Shown: piece by piece, positions 51,652 through 62,218 of the stretch
Layout of the letters: every line of letters begins with the position of its first letter
How positions within the stretch are numbered: position 1 is the stretch's first letter
Position numbers and translations under genes: made by a program
Assembly: GCA_963765495.1 (NCBI GenBank)
Contig: CAVXWP010000001.1
Location: 1,056,001 to 1,120,000 of the forward strand
Source of the DNA: Blastocatellia bacterium
GTDB lineage: Bacteria; Acidobacteriota; Blastocatellia; UBA7656
DNA length: 64,000 nucleotides
Reading direction: 5' to 3'
The notes under the pieces: model-generated
Database searches by the model: none
Told to the model about the DNA's origin: nothing
What the model saw: the letters and a program-made list of their open reading frames with translations, nothing else

Positions 51652-52511
51652 CGCTTTACCTTCAGTGTGGCTCCCGTCTTTTCGAGCCTCTGCCTCAGAG
51701 CTTTAATTCTAACATTTTGGATTGTATTCTTGCGCGGGGTAAAGGTGACTCGCTCTATAGTCCGAGCGGTCATTGGCCCCCAAATATGTACCTCTACAAA
51801 TTCATCTTCTTCGGAGGTCGCGCCCTGGCGCAACAGCAGTCCAGAGTATTCATCTGCTCGTGTCGTGCTGTCAATACTCCCGGCGAGCTTGGCGACGCAG
51901 AGTTTATGCCGATTTTCCCACGTCGCACGGTAGCCTTTAGGAAGGGTTGGTGTATCGTACACCTCGACATTCCGGTGTTTCATGAACATCACCGAGTTCT
52001 CTTCAAATACAGAGGCGCGATGCGCGATCATATCGGTGCGAAAGACTAGCCAGCACTCGCCGTAGTTAGACAAACCAACCCCATCGAGTGAAAGCGCGGC
52101 GAACCGGATATGCTTTTTATAGCCGGGAAAAAGCGCGCTATCAGTTACGGCGCGCAAGATGTCCCATTTGTTGCCTTCGGGCAATCTGATTTCTGCTTCT
52201 GTTAGCTGGTAGTATGTTGCGTAAAGCTCGTTATCGCTTGTAGCGAGCCTCTCGACTTCGGCTAAGGAGCGCGAGATGACAACCACTGTGTTTGCCAAAG
52301 CAGCCTCAAAGTTATTAACGGCTTCATCTGCTCCGCGAGTTGCGGCCTCTGTTCTGGCTGTCTGGTAGCGATCTTCTAATGCTGAGTACTCGTCCGGGTC
52401 TTCGGCGGCGCGAACATTCGGAGGAGGACACCATCTTCCGCAATGCGGGCATCGATCAACCGAGGATGGGATATGATTATTACAATTAAGGCATAAATAC
52501 AATCTGCTCAT
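51648..52511 (-). CDS. Zn-ribbon plus DUF3626-like protein
   Basis: CLNC..CPHC; IRFAALS..G.SNYGECWLVF..RASVFEENS ... EFVEVHIWGP resembles DUF3626 motifs (from memory); 4-bp overlap with the TPR gene. Confidence 0.65.
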   Translation of the reverse strand: MSRLYLCLNCNNHIPSSVDRCPHCGRWCPPPNVRAAEDPDEYSALEDRYQTARTEAATRGADEAVNNFEAALANTVVVISRSLAEVERLATSDNELYATYYQLTEAEIRLPEGNKWDILRAVTDSALFPGYKKHIRFAALSLDGVGLSNYGECWLVFRTDMIAHRASVFEENSVMFMKHRNVEVYDTPTLPKGYRATWENRHKLCVAKLAGSIDSTTRADEYSGLLLRQGATSEEDEFVEVHIWGPMTARTIERVTFTPRKNTIQNVRIKALRQRLEKTGATLKVKR

Positions 52512-52735
52512 GAGCGTTTACACCACGTTTTGCTGTCGTTCTGTCATGGACGGGAACCGCAATCTCCGCAAACATCAGCCGTATTGTACACAATGTAGGC
52601 GGGTGGCGAAAGATATTGAAACGATGACTCAAGCCCTGTGATTGCCCTCGCGGTTTTATCTCTCTATAATCTGGTTCTGGAGCAGAGGGTGCAACCCCAG
52701 CCCGCTTCTCTTCTTCTCAAAAACAGGTAACTTTA

Positions 52736-53731
52736 ATGGCAACTGTCGCGCTCTTAAATCCTGATACTCGCATATTGCCGCTCGCACAGGCGGACCTCAC
52801 GGGTCTTGAAGCTCTCTTCGATCAACAATGTGCTGAATGGCTCTCTCTGCTCAGATGGGATTACAGCGGGCCGAGCCGCTTGATACGCGAAGTGGCGCGT
52901 CAGCGCGATCTGTCCGGCTTTGTAGCGATGGCTGGAAACACAACTGTGGGCTTTGCCTTTTACGTGCTTGAGAGCAATCGCTGCTCGATAGGCGACGTGT
53001 ATGTTGCTAAATCGTGGCGCAACATGGGTGTGGACCGGCAGATGATCGAAGCCATTCTTGAAAAGCTCAATCACACCCCCCGACTCCGCCGCATCGAAAG
53101 CCAGTGCGTAAGCATAGACAACGATGAGGCGAATCGGCTGCTTGAATCCATAGGCTTTGAGCGCTTTGAACGTCTTTACATGCTGGCTGACCTTGCGCCG
53201 CTCGACAAATTCAAGCCTCGGCCCGAAGTCTCGGAGTATAAAGGCGCGAGCCAGATTGACATAAATATCAGAGGATGGAAAGAGGAAGATTTCGCGCAGG
53301 CGGCCCGGATCATACACGGTTCGTATCGTGGCAAACACGACAGCCGCATCAACAGCCAGTACCGCACGGAAGAAGGTTGCGCCGAACTTCTCTCAATACT
53401 GACCGATCATATCTGGTGCGGCGATTTTCTGCCCCAGGTAACGCGAGTGGCGGTCTCTCGCGCAAGCGGCAACAGGTTGGGCGTGTTGCTGGCCTCGCGC
53501 ATCGCATCGGGCATCGGGCATATCGGGCAGATTTCGATCCTGCCCGCTTATCAGGGGCTTGGCCTCGGATGCCGCCTCGTCACCGAAGCCCTGACAGAAT
53601 TCAAGCAACGCGGTTTCCGCTCTGTGACGCTTGCCGTCACTGCCGCAAACGAACGGGCGTTTCGCCTATATCAATCCACAGGCTTTCGCACGATCCATCA
53701 ATTCCCGGTCTTTTACCGCGAATTAAGATGA
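52736..53731 (+). CDS. Tandem GNAT acetyltransferase
   Basis: Two GNAT motif-A segments (VAKSWRNMGV, ILPAYQGLGLG) and AFRLYQSTGF. Confidence 0.88.
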   Translation: MATVALLNPDTRILPLAQADLTGLEALFDQQCAEWLSLLRWDYSGPSRLIREVARQRDLSGFVAMAGNTTVGFAFYVLESNRCSIGDVYVAKSWRNMGVDRQMIEAILEKLNHTPRLRRIESQCVSIDNDEANRLLESIGFERFERLYMLADLAPLDKFKPRPEVSEYKGASQIDINIRGWKEEDFAQAARIIHGSYRGKHDSRINSQYRTEEGCAELLSILTDHIWCGDFLPQVTRVAVSRASGNRLGVLLASRIASGIGHIGQISILPAYQGLGLGCRLVTEALTEFKQRGFRSVTLAVTAANERAFRLYQSTGFRTIHQFPVFYRELR

Positions 53732-53760
53732 ACCCGACTATTCATAAAGAGAGATAATTT

Positions 53761-53829
53761 GCCACAGAGGCACCGCAGACACAGAGATTTCTTACAATCT
53801 TTTCTCTGTGTCTGCGGTGCCTCTGTGGC
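53761..53829. repeat. Long perfect inverted repeat between convergent genes
   Basis: GCCACAGAGGCACCGCAGACACAGAGA / TCTCTGTGTCTGCGGTGCCTCTGTGGC. Confidence 0.9.
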
Positions 53830-53857
53830 TATTCTGCGTTTTTACGGATGAACTTGT

Positions 53858-55714
53858 TTACTGGCCCGCGATCACCATGAGCGTTACGGTATTCGATGAT
53901 TTCCCGTCCGCGTTGCGAACCTGAATTGTGTGGTCGCCCGCCTCCCTGAGCATCTTCTTTTCAAATTTGCCTATCAATTCCGTGGTCGTGGCGCTTTCGA
54001 TTTCGAGCGCCACGCCGTCGAAGAGCAACTGGGCGCCCGCGTCAAAATCTGTCCCTTCGACTACGAGCCGGAATTTGTGGGCCTTCTTCAGCGTAGTCAC
54101 AGGATTGAAGATGCGGTTTCTGGTCTTCTTGAAAACCTCGAACGACGAGATGTGCGGAAGGGAATCGCCCGGCGGATTGCCGGACTTCGTTACGGCGAGC
54201 GTCTGCTGATTTGAATGCGTGCCGTCGGGATTCTTTACCTCGATAGAGATTAACCGCTCCGTGGAAGTCGTTCCCGCAGGCAGTATGCCTGAAAGCTCAA
54301 AACGGTCAGCGCCCGGAGTCGTGGGTATCTGGACGCCGTCGGCGAGGATAACGGCTCCCGGTTTCAGGTGTCTCCCTATCAAATCGATGGCGACGGCCCC
54401 GGGTCCGCTCTTTACGCTTGCGGGATGCAGCGGGCCTATGAAAGGCATCGCGTCGCTTCCCGTGCGATGTATCCGATAGATGATGTGGTGATGCTCCGTA
54501 TCAATCCTGTGATGTACCGGATCGTAGCGGACTACGTAGATGTCGCCACTGATTGGATTAATAGCCGTCTCGACCGGGCCGTCGAACGGGTCTATCGGAT
54601 TGAGCCGCGCGATAAATTCATCCTCAATTACCTGGAATCCGTTTGCGGAATCGCCTTCCAGCTTGAGCCTGCGCAGGTCGCCGCCCAGATTTTGTGCGTT
54701 GGGCAGGTTTTTGTAGAGCGTGAGCAATAACTGATTTTCGAACTCGCCCGCCTGCGGCCCGGTGTAAAAGGCGAGCGATGTCGGCGTGAGGTGTCGCGGA
54801 AATTGAGTTATGGGAGCGGTGACCCCGGCGCAGTCGGCTCTTTCAGGCGAAGGCGTTCCTTCGCAAAGCGGGAAACCGTAATTGCCGTTTTGGACTACGT
54901 GATTGACCTCTTCGGGCGGGGCGTTATCGGGCGGGCAGTTGTTGCCCTGGCATATCTCTCCCGATCCGCCGTCGGTAGAAAAGAGTTCTCCGTTAACTGG
55001 ATGAAAGGCCATGCCGAAAGGGTTTCGAAGCCCGGCGGCGAAGACCTCGGGCGCGGGGTTTTCCGCGTCAACATCAACGCGCAGCATCTTGGCGTTTAGC
55101 GGGCCTTCCTGCGGGCGTCCGGGCTTGGCCTCACCGGCGTCGGTGGCCGATCCCTGTCCGAAATAAAGCAGCCCCTCGGGACCGAACTTCAGCCGGTCGG
55201 TCTGATGATCGCCGCCGCTCGGCAGCCCGTCTAGGATTACCTTTATGTCATCGGCAACATCATCCCCGTCAGTGTCTCGCAGGCGGATTATGCTCCCCCG
55301 CCCGTCGTAGGAATTGCTTGTGATAAACAGATCACCGTTGTCTCTGAATTCGAGGCCCAGAAATGCGGAGGGCAGAGGATTTCCCGGATGAATCTCCTTA
55401 TCGGTGATAAATGTCTTTACCTCATCAACGACCCCGTTGTCGTCATTGTCGAGGAGTATGAGAATCTTTCCCGCCGTGGTCCCGACAAACATCCTTCCTC
55501 GCGCATCGAATGCCATGCCGACCGCCCCTGTTACCAGCCCTCTTCCAAACTCTTCTACGTTATGCTGGTCGGCGAATACATTGAACTCAAAACCCTCGGC
55601 TATATTTACCGGGTTTAATTGCGCGTTTGTATGAGCGGGAAAAATTATTGGTGCGAGCGCAAGCGCCAGTATCAAAAACGCGCTCGCCGTCTGTGCAGTT
55701 CTTATCTTGAGCAA
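53858..55714 (-). CDS. Secreted glucose/sorbosone dehydrogenase-like beta-propeller protein with Ig-like tails
   Basis: LKFGPEGLLYFGQGS, GLRNPFGMAF and GNYGFP motifs. Confidence 0.85.
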   Translation of the reverse strand: MLKIRTAQTASAFLILALALAPIIFPAHTNAQLNPVNIAEGFEFNVFADQHNVEEFGRGLVTGAVGMAFDARGRMFVGTTAGKILILLDNDDNGVVDEVKTFITDKEIHPGNPLPSAFLGLEFRDNGDLFITSNSYDGRGSIIRLRDTDGDDVADDIKVILDGLPSGGDHQTDRLKFGPEGLLYFGQGSATDAGEAKPGRPQEGPLNAKMLRVDVDAENPAPEVFAAGLRNPFGMAFHPVNGELFSTDGGSGEICQGNNCPPDNAPPEEVNHVVQNGNYGFPLCEGTPSPERADCAGVTAPITQFPRHLTPTSLAFYTGPQAGEFENQLLLTLYKNLPNAQNLGGDLRRLKLEGDSANGFQVIEDEFIARLNPIDPFDGPVETAINPISGDIYVVRYDPVHHRIDTEHHHIIYRIHRTGSDAMPFIGPLHPASVKSGPGAVAIDLIGRHLKPGAVILADGVQIPTTPGADRFELSGILPAGTTSTERLISIEVKNPDGTHSNQQTLAVTKSGNPPGDSLPHISSFEVFKKTRNRIFNPVTTLKKAHKFRLVVEGTDFDAGAQLLFDGVALEIESATTTELIGKFEKKMLREAGDHTIQVRNADGKSSNTVTLMVIAGQ

Positions 55715-55808
55715 AACGGTGATCTCCCTGATGATGTTTGACCTCTGGTTGCCGGTAGAAAACCATGACTATAGCCTGCCGGATTTCGAAAGCACAATAT
55801 CCTGTCGA

Positions 55809-57281
55809 TCAATCCGGCGCTATTTCGATGGAGAGTTGATTCGAACGCACGCCGTTGGGATTGACTACCTCGACTATGAGCAGCCCCGGCGCGGAGAGAG
55901 TGTCGCCGCGCAGCCGGGCTACGAGTATCGAATCTCCGTTGTCGGATGTCTTGAGCTTGGTCTTCACCTCCCGGTCGTTTATCACCACAACCGATGCGTC
56001 AACAAACCCCTCGCCGGAAACCACCAGTTGATACTTCTTTCCCTTCTTTTTGACCGTCACCGGCTGTAGCAATGCGTGATCGGATTTCTTGCGAACGAGG
56101 GCCGAGGTGATCTCTATCGAAGAGGGCAGCGGGCCGTTCGGATTGGCTATGCGAGCTACGCTTCCTCCAAGCCCGACGACATAAATCTCTCCGTCCCGAT
56201 CCTCGCCGAATGAAGAGATGTTGAGATCGGTATCCAGAAGCACGCTCTCGACGCCGCCGTCGAGCAGGAATATCTCGCCCGTGCAATAATCACCGAAAAC
56301 ATATGACCCGACCGGCAAAGCCCCTTTTGTGCCGCGATAGACATATCCTCCCGTAAGCGAGCATCTCCCTTGCGTGTGCCCGTATTCGGCTATGGGGGTG
56401 GTGAACCCGGCCGTAGAGCACTGGCCGTTATTAAAGCTCGGGTTGCAATGATTTCCTTCCATCACGCGCCAGCCGTAATTTCCGCCGCGCGTGACCTTGT
56501 CAATCTCTTCAAAACTGCCCTGCCCAACGTCGCCCACGTAAAGCTCGCCGGTTGCGCGGTCGAAAGAGAAACGAAACGGATTGCGCAAACCGACTGCGAA
56601 AATCTCATCGCGCCCCGCCGTTCCGTTAAACGGATTATCGGGCGGCGAAGAGTATGCTTGAGCGCCGTTTGGATGATCTACATCAATTCGCAGCATCTTT
56701 CCTAAAAGCTCCTTTATGTTCTGCGCGCGATTGCCGGGATCGTTGGCCGAACCGCCGTCTCCCATGCCGATGTAGAGATAGCCTTCGGGGCCGAAGGCTA
56801 TCATTCCGCCGTTGTGATTGGCAAAGGGCTGCGGAATCGTGAGCAGCACGGTTTCGGCGGGTTCGGCTACATTTGGGTCTTGCGCCGAAACGTGATATTC
56901 GGCGATCACGGTTGCTCCGTCAGGTTCGCGAGTATAGTTGACAAAGAAGCGGCGGTTCTGTTGAAACTGGGGATGAAAGGCGAGCCCGAGCAATCCGCGC
57001 TCTCCGCCGAAATTCACCTTCGAGGTTATATTGAGAAATACGGTCGGGACGGTTGCATCCGCTTGAAGCACTTTTATGCGTCCGGGCTGTTCGACTACGA
57101 ACAGGCGGTTGCTTGCATCGGTCGCGTGCGTAACAAATACGGGATTGTCCAGCCCGCCAAGCACGGGCACGAGCGTTATATCTACGGCAGCGGCAACCGA
57201 GGCTTTTCCATCACGGAAGAGTGTGGAGCCATAAGCGGCGACAATCGCCATAGAGATCAGAATCATTCTCGCCCTTTTCAT
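55809..57281 (-). CDS. PQQ-dependent sugar dehydrogenase (GSDH family)
   Basis: [46 protein letters not shown] and GGNYGW motifs. Confidence 0.92.
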   Translation of the reverse strand: MKRARMILISMAIVAAYGSTLFRDGKASVAAAVDITLVPVLGGLDNPVFVTHATDASNRLFVVEQPGRIKVLQADATVPTVFLNITSKVNFGGERGLLGLAFHPQFQQNRRFFVNYTREPDGATVIAEYHVSAQDPNVAEPAETVLLTIPQPFANHNGGMIAFGPEGYLYIGMGDGGSANDPGNRAQNIKELLGKMLRIDVDHPNGAQAYSSPPDNPFNGTAGRDEIFAVGLRNPFRFSFDRATGELYVGDVGQGSFEEIDKVTRGGNYGWRVMEGNHCNPSFNNGQCSTAGFTTPIAEYGHTQGRCSLTGGYVYRGTKGALPVGSYVFGDYCTGEIFLLDGGVESVLLDTDLNISSFGEDRDGEIYVVGLGGSVARIANPNGPLPSSIEITSALVRKKSDHALLQPVTVKKKGKKYQLVVSGEGFVDASVVVINDREVKTKLKTSDNGDSILVARLRGDTLSAPGLLIVEVVNPNGVRSNQLSIEIAPD

Positions 57282-57482
57282 AAGGCACCTCTTTTTACTG
57301 CACTCAGCGTCCGGCACAGGACCATGTTTTTTGGGGAGAGATAGAGCGCAACAGCCGATGATTATTTCTCGATTTACAGCCTTTGCGATTCGCCCGGGAC
57401 AGTCGAAAGGCTTGAGTAATACTAGCCGCCGTCTTTGGAATTGTCCACTGAATGAATTGGAGAACGGGGCTTTTTGACAGGA

Positions 57483-58358
57483 TTAACAGGATTTCATGTC
57501 ACGGGTTCGCTCGATGGACAGTATGCGCGGGATGCCTTGCAGGTCGGCTGTGACTTCGGCTTCACTCCACAGGGCAGGATCAATCATAGCGCGAATCCGG
57601 TCGAGCTGCTTGTAGCCGATTTCGCAAACCATGTAGCCTCCCGGCATCAGGTATCGGGGGGCTTCGGCAAACAGGCGATGATAAAAATCGAGCCCCTCCG
57701 CGCCGCCGTATAAGGCAAGACCCGGCTCCCAGTCCCGCACCTCGCGTTGAAGCAAGGCCAAATCCTCTGCGCTGACGTAAGGCGGGTTTGACACAAGAAA
57801 ATCAACTCTGTTTTCAAGCCCACGATCTACAAGTCCGTCAAGCAAATCGCCTTCGATAAACTCGATCCGATCAGCTACCCGGTGATTGTGAGCATTCGCG
57901 CTCGCAACCTTGAGCGCCGCCCCTGATATGTCGATTGCCATTACACGAGCGGTTTTGAGCTTTACGGCGAGCGTCACGGCTATCGAGCCCGATCCCGTGC
58001 CGATGTCAACTATCAATGGATCGTCCTGCCGCGAGAGCGCGAGCACGCGTTCGACTAGAAACTCGGTTTCGGGGCGTGGGATCAAAACATCCGGGTTGAC
58101 GATGAAATCGAGCCCGTAAAATTCCTGATGACCTGTAATGTACTGTAGCGGCTCGCCCGAAGCGCGCCTGTCAATAAGGCTCAAATACTCTCCGAGCCGC
58201 GCTTGATCAACTTCCATATTCGACTCAATGAGCAGGCGGGCGCGGTCCATCCCCAACACATGCCCGAGCAATACGCCTGCGGTGCGGCGATCTTCGTCTA
58301 CGCCGCAGGCGCGCAGCCGACTGGCTCCCGTGTCAATGGCTTGAGTTATAGTAGGCAA
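57483..58358 (-). CDS. prmC: Release factor glutamine methyltransferase
   Basis: LIPRPETE, DIGTGSG and SNPPY; follows prfA. Confidence 0.96.
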   Translation of the reverse strand: MPTITQAIDTGASRLRACGVDEDRRTAGVLLGHVLGMDRARLLIESNMEVDQARLGEYLSLIDRRASGEPLQYITGHQEFYGLDFIVNPDVLIPRPETEFLVERVLALSRQDDPLIVDIGTGSGSIAVTLAVKLKTARVMAIDISGAALKVASANAHNHRVADRIEFIEGDLLDGLVDRGLENRVDFLVSNPPYVSAEDLALLQREVRDWEPGLALYGGAEGLDFYHRLFAEAPRYLMPGGYMVCEIGYKQLDRIRAMIDPALWSEAEVTADLQGIPRILSIERTRDMKSC

Positions 58359-58359
58359 G

Positions 58360-58454
58360 GTGATTTGTGAAGAGTGATACGTGAAGAGTGATGCGTGAGA
58401 TTTGCAATCAGCCTGTAAATGCCATCTGTAAATGCAATTTCCTGAAAGTCACGA
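58360..58454. repeat. Inverted heptamer-array element (GTGA / TCACGAA family)
   Basis: GTGATTTGTGAAGAGTGATACGTGAAGAGTGATGCGTGA ... CTGAAAGTCACGAATCACGAATCACTCTTCACG. Confidence 0.78.
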
Positions 58455-58477
58455 ATCACGAATCACTCTTCACGTGG

Positions 58478-59557
58478 TTACGCAGCGGCTTCCGTATCGG
58501 CCTTGAGCTTTTCGGCCTGAAAGTGGGCGACGAGCGCGTCTATCAGATCGCTGATGTCGCCTTCCATAAACGTATCCAACTGGTGAACCGTGTAACCTAT
58601 GCGATGATCGCTCACGCGATTCTCTTTGAAATTGTATGTGCGAATCTTTTCTGAGCGGTCGCCTGATCCGACCATAGACCGGCGTTCGCTGGCTATGGCT
58701 TCGTGCTGCTTGCTCTGCTCCATTTCGAGAAGCCGCGACCTCAACACCCGCATGGCCTTTTCGCGGTTTTTGATCTGAGATTTCTCGTCCTGCATCGAGA
58801 CGACCGTATTCGTAGGCAGGTGCGTCAGCCGCACTGCCGAATAAGTGGTATTGACCGACTGGCCGCCCGGACCCGACGAGCAGAAGGTATCTATGCGAAG
58901 GTCTTTCGGGTCTATCTGAATGTCTACCTCTTCGGCTTCGGGAAGTATGGCGACCGTCACGGCCGATGTATGTATGCGGCCCGAGCTTTCCGTCTGAGGA
59001 ACGCGCTGCACGCGATGAACGCCGGATTCGTGCTTGAGTTTGGAAAATACGCGGTCGCCTTCGATCAGCAATATGGCTTCCTTGACTCCGCCTATGCCGG
59101 ATTCGGAGGCGTCGAGCACCTGGACCCGCCATCCTTGCCGTTCGCTGTAACGCGAATACATTCGCATGATCTCGGCGGCAAAAAGCGTAGCCTCGTCGCC
59201 GCCGGTGCCCGCTCTTATTTCGAGTATGACGTTCTTTTCATCATTCGGGTCTTTGGGCACAAGCAGGACTTTAAGCTCCTCTTCGACCTCCGAGAGCCGC
59301 TTTTCAAGATCTTCGAGTTCTGTGCGCGCAAGTTCGAGCATCTCAGAATCTTCTTCCGCTTCCAGAAGCTCTCTGGTTTCAGAGATGCCGCGATCAAGCG
59401 CCTTGTACTCGCGATACTTCGCCACGACTTCTTCCAGTTCGCGGTGCTGCTTTGCGATCTTGGCATACTTCTGCTGGTCGGCCAGCACTTCAGGGTCGCC
59501 AAGTTGCTTTGCGATGTCTTCGTATCTCTCTTCTATTGAATCCAGTTTTTCTAACAT
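58478..59557 (-). CDS. prfA: Peptide chain release factor 1
   Basis: GGQ motif, RVP-QT-E (PxT) and EKIRTYNF. Confidence 0.97.
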   Translation of the reverse strand: MLEKLDSIEERYEDIAKQLGDPEVLADQQKYAKIAKQHRELEEVVAKYREYKALDRGISETRELLEAEEDSEMLELARTELEDLEKRLSEVEEELKVLLVPKDPNDEKNVILEIRAGTGGDEATLFAAEIMRMYSRYSERQGWRVQVLDASESGIGGVKEAILLIEGDRVFSKLKHESGVHRVQRVPQTESSGRIHTSAVTVAILPEAEEVDIQIDPKDLRIDTFCSSGPGGQSVNTTYSAVRLTHLPTNTVVSMQDEKSQIKNREKAMRVLRSRLLEMEQSKQHEAIASERRSMVGSGDRSEKIRTYNFKENRVSDHRIGYTVHQLDTFMEGDISDLIDALVAHFQAEKLKADTEAAA

Positions 59558-59581
59558 AAATCCTCTGCTGATCGGCTCGGG

Positions 59582-60676
59582 TCAGGCCAGGGGCGCGGGC
59601 TCGTGTTCGCGTGAAGGCTCAAGTTTGAGCGATTCATTTAAGGCGAAGATGGCCACTTCCAACTGCTCGTCGTCCGGCTCTTTCGTCGTGATATTCTGGA
59701 GCCAGATTCCCGGCCTCGTAATCACCGAGAAAAACCATTGGGCGCGGCTGCGCGCCGAAGCCCGGATGATCTCGTAGGACGCGCCCGCAATCACCGGCAT
59801 AAGCCCCAGGCGCACGAGGAAATTTAAGAAGAGCGAATCGAATTTCACTGCCGAAAACGCTATGATCGAAACCAGCATCACGATCATCAGAAAGCTTGTG
59901 CCGCAGCGCGGATGCTGGCGCTGCTTTGTGCGCGCGTTCTCTACGGTCAAGGCTTCGCCCGCTTCCCAGGTGTAGACTACTTTATGCTCCGCCCCGTGAT
60001 ATTCAAAGACGCGGCGAATGTCGCGAAGAAATGAGAAGCTTGTGATCATGATGAGAAAGAACGACATGCGAATGAGGCCGTCAACAAGATTGAAGGCTAC
60101 CGACGGGCGAATCGGGTGCAGCGCCGCCTGAATCCAGGCCCACGCGTCCCCGTACCATGTGCCGCTTGCGGAAGCCGCTCCGATAGTTCCTCCGCTGAAA
60201 TAGACAAAGAGCATGTTTGTGATGACAAGCGGCAGGACTATGAACAAAAACACGTTGAATATGACGGCGAAGACCATCGAGCCGAGCGCAGCCGAAGTAG
60301 AGGTTTTCTTCTCCGCGACGGGCTTCGTTTTGGTAGCGACCGCGACCGGCGCTGCCGCGATTATGCCTGACGTAGCGGCTGCCGCCTGTAGCTCGGCCTC
60401 TTCCAGGGCTTCGCTTTCTGCTTCGTGAAATACTACGTTGGCCGAATAGTTGAGCGCCTTTATGCCCAAAATCATGGATTGAATCAACACGGCAGCCCCG
60501 CGAAGCACAGGCAGTTTCAGGATAGGATACTGATCGGAGAGCACGGGTAATCGCTCGCCTTTTGAAACTATTTTGCCGTCGGGACGGCGCACGGCGACCG
60601 CATACGAATGCGGGGCGCGCATCATAACGCCTTCGATGACGGCCTGCCCGCCGACTATGATCTCTTCTTCCCTCAT
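59582..60676 (-). CDS. DUF1385 membrane protein
   Basis: [20 protein letters not shown] and HPRCGTSF motifs; usual rpmE-prfA context. Confidence 0.93.
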   Translation of the reverse strand: MREEEIIVGGQAVIEGVMMRAPHSYAVAVRRPDGKIVSKGERLPVLSDQYPILKLPVLRGAAVLIQSMILGIKALNYSANVVFHEAESEALEEAELQAAAATSGIIAAAPVAVATKTKPVAEKKTSTSAALGSMVFAVIFNVFLFIVLPLVITNMLFVYFSGGTIGAASASGTWYGDAWAWIQAALHPIRPSVAFNLVDGLIRMSFFLIMITSFSFLRDIRRVFEYHGAEHKVVYTWEAGEALTVENARTKQRQHPRCGTSFLMIVMLVSIIAFSAVKFDSLFLNFLVRLGLMPVIAGASYEIIRASARSRAQWFFSVITRPGIWLQNITTKEPDDEQLEVAIFALNESLKLEPSREHEPAPLA

Positions 60677-60789
60677 AATTTATAGCCTCCGGCAATCAAA
60701 CGCCTGCAAAAAAATATTGGTTGCCGGATGCCGCTTTATACATGTTGATACTTGCGGCATTCGGCAACCAATATTCGGTTGTTAATTGC

Positions 60790-61002
60790 TTAAGCTTCGG
60801 CGGACTTGCGCCCGTATTTCCGGTTGAATCGTTCAACGCGCCCGGCTGTGTCAACGAGCTTTTGCTTGCCCGTGAAGAAGGGGTGGCAATTCGAACAGAT
60901 TTCAAGCCTGATTTCTGGCCTGGTCGAGCGCGTCTCCCAGGACTCGCCACAAGCGCAATGCACGGTCGTCTTCTGGTATTTCGGATGTATATCTGGCTTC
61001 AC
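60790..61002 (-). CDS. rpmE: 50S ribosomal protein L31 (Zn-binding type)
   Basis: [37 protein letters not shown]; GTG start after GAGG. Confidence 0.96.
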   Translation of the reverse strand: MKPDIHPKYQKTTVHCACGESWETRSTRPEIRLEICSNCHPFFTGKQKLVDTAGRVERFNRKYGRKSAEA

Positions 61003-61051
61003 CTTGTTACCCTCGCTCCTGTTACAAGTTTGTCTTCGGTCGAAACACTTA

Positions 61052-61081
61052 AGACTAACCAATCCCCCGCTTATCTGTCAA
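61052..61081 (-). promoter_or_regulatory. Sigma70-type promoter for the rpmE operon
   Basis: TTGACA - 18 nt - TAGTCT. Confidence 0.65.
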
Positions 61082-61119
61082 GGAGGGTTCTCGCTTCTGA
61101 AGATTTCGATGATTTGGAG

Positions 61120-61159
61120 AAAAAAATAGGCGACGCAGCGTGGGAAGACTGCGTCGCCT
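61120..61159 (-). terminator. Intrinsic terminator
   Basis: AGGCGACGCAG-N10-CTGCGTCGCCT followed by ATTTTTTT. Confidence 0.85.
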
Positions 61160-61243
61160 TGTGTCCGGTTACCGTCCTCACCCCGGTAACCGAAGAATCG
61201 AGAACAGGAAGTGATGTTGTCATCACCCGTATCTCTTGCCCCA
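61120..61243 (-). ncRNA. Candidate three-hairpin small RNA
   Basis: Three stem-loops between a -24/-12 promoter and a U-tract. Confidence 0.62.
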
Positions 61244-61253
61244 CCCACCCTTG

Positions 61254-61270
61254 TGCAATCAGGATGCCAA
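61254..61270 (-). promoter_or_regulatory. Sigma54 (-24/-12) promoter
   Basis: TTGGCATCCTGATTGCA, with GG-N10-GC spacing. Confidence 0.72.
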
Positions 61271-61550
61271 AAAACCGGATTACTCGTATCGGGTATAAAG
61301 GACCGGTTTTTCGCAAACTTTCCCGCTTTTTCAATAGCCTTTCCTTCCCTGTAGAGAATGGTTGCGTGTAAAAAATACATATTTTGGATGAAATTTTTAC
61401 TTGCATCCTGTGTAATTTCTCTAACTATTCTACGCGAAGGCCTTCGATTGTAGCGGAGCTGCGCTGAAATTTAAGACGCAAAAACGAGCGCCCGGCTTGT
61501 TCTGGTATTGGACGGGATCAACATCGCTTCCGCGTGTTATACTGAAATCA

Positions 61551-62165
61551 ATGCGCATTTTGCTTGCAACGACAAACAGGGGAAAGATCAGAGAGCTTAA
61601 ACAAATACTCGGTCAAGAGGGGCTTGAAGTGATTGGTCTGGACAAACATGTCACTACGGAAGAGCTTGAGGTCGGCTCGACATTTGCCGAAAACGCCCTT
61701 CTAAAAGCCCGTCACTATCACCTGGCGACAGGGTTCGTAACGATCAGCGATGATTCCGGTCTCGAAGTTGACGCGCTCGGCGGCGCGCCCGGCATCGCTT
61801 CGGCCCGCTACGCCGGACCCGAAGCATCGGACCACGACCGTATAAACAAATTGCTCGGCGCGCTCGAAAACGCAGGGGAGGGCGAGCGGGGTGCGCGTTT
61901 TGTATGTGCGGCTGCGATCAGATGGAGCAGTGGCGAGCGCGTATTTGAAGACGAGGCTCGCGGGCGCATACTGAGGGAGCCTCGCGGTGACGGCGGGTTC
62001 GGTTACGATCCCGTATTTTACTATCCGCCGCTTGATCGGACTTTCGCGCAATTGAGCGAGGAAGTGAAGGCGAAAGTCAGCCATAGAGGGCTCGCTTTTC
62101 GCCGTCTTGCCGACTGGTTAAAGCAGTCTGCCTTGCTTGACACCTTAAAGCGGTCTGAGAAATAA
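61551..62165 (+). CDS. rdgB: Non-canonical purine NTP pyrophosphatase (HAM1)
   Basis: LATTNRGK, SDDSGLEVDAL, GFGYDP and SHRG motifs. Confidence 0.95.
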   Translation: MRILLATTNRGKIRELKQILGQEGLEVIGLDKHVTTEELEVGSTFAENALLKARHYHLATGFVTISDDSGLEVDALGGAPGIASARYAGPEASDHDRINKLLGALENAGEGERGARFVCAAAIRWSSGERVFEDEARGRILREPRGDGGFGYDPVFYYPPLDRTFAQLSEEVKAKVSHRGLAFRRLADWLKQSALLDTLKRSEK

Positions 62166-62218
62166 TAGTCATTCCCACAATAGGATGAAGCCTCTGCTTC
62201 CTCGTTTAGAGGTGATGT

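Larger units (their letters stand above)
48760..52595. mobile_element. Integrase-less insertion bounded by a 51-bp direct repeat of the priA 5' end
   Basis: 48760-48810 vs 52545-52595 match at 49/51; the interior looks more AT-rich than priA. Confidence 0.8.

Noticed and set aside
58703-59777. Long antisense ORFs opposite prfA (similar ones opposite priA, purB and topoisomerase IB)
   Set aside because: Expected shadows of GC-rich coding strands; no motifs.
60721-61406. ORFs 60721-61371(+), 61071-61406(-), 61078-61380(-)
   Set aside because: Antisense to rpmE or crossing a terminator and structured RNA; no RBS or protein motifs.
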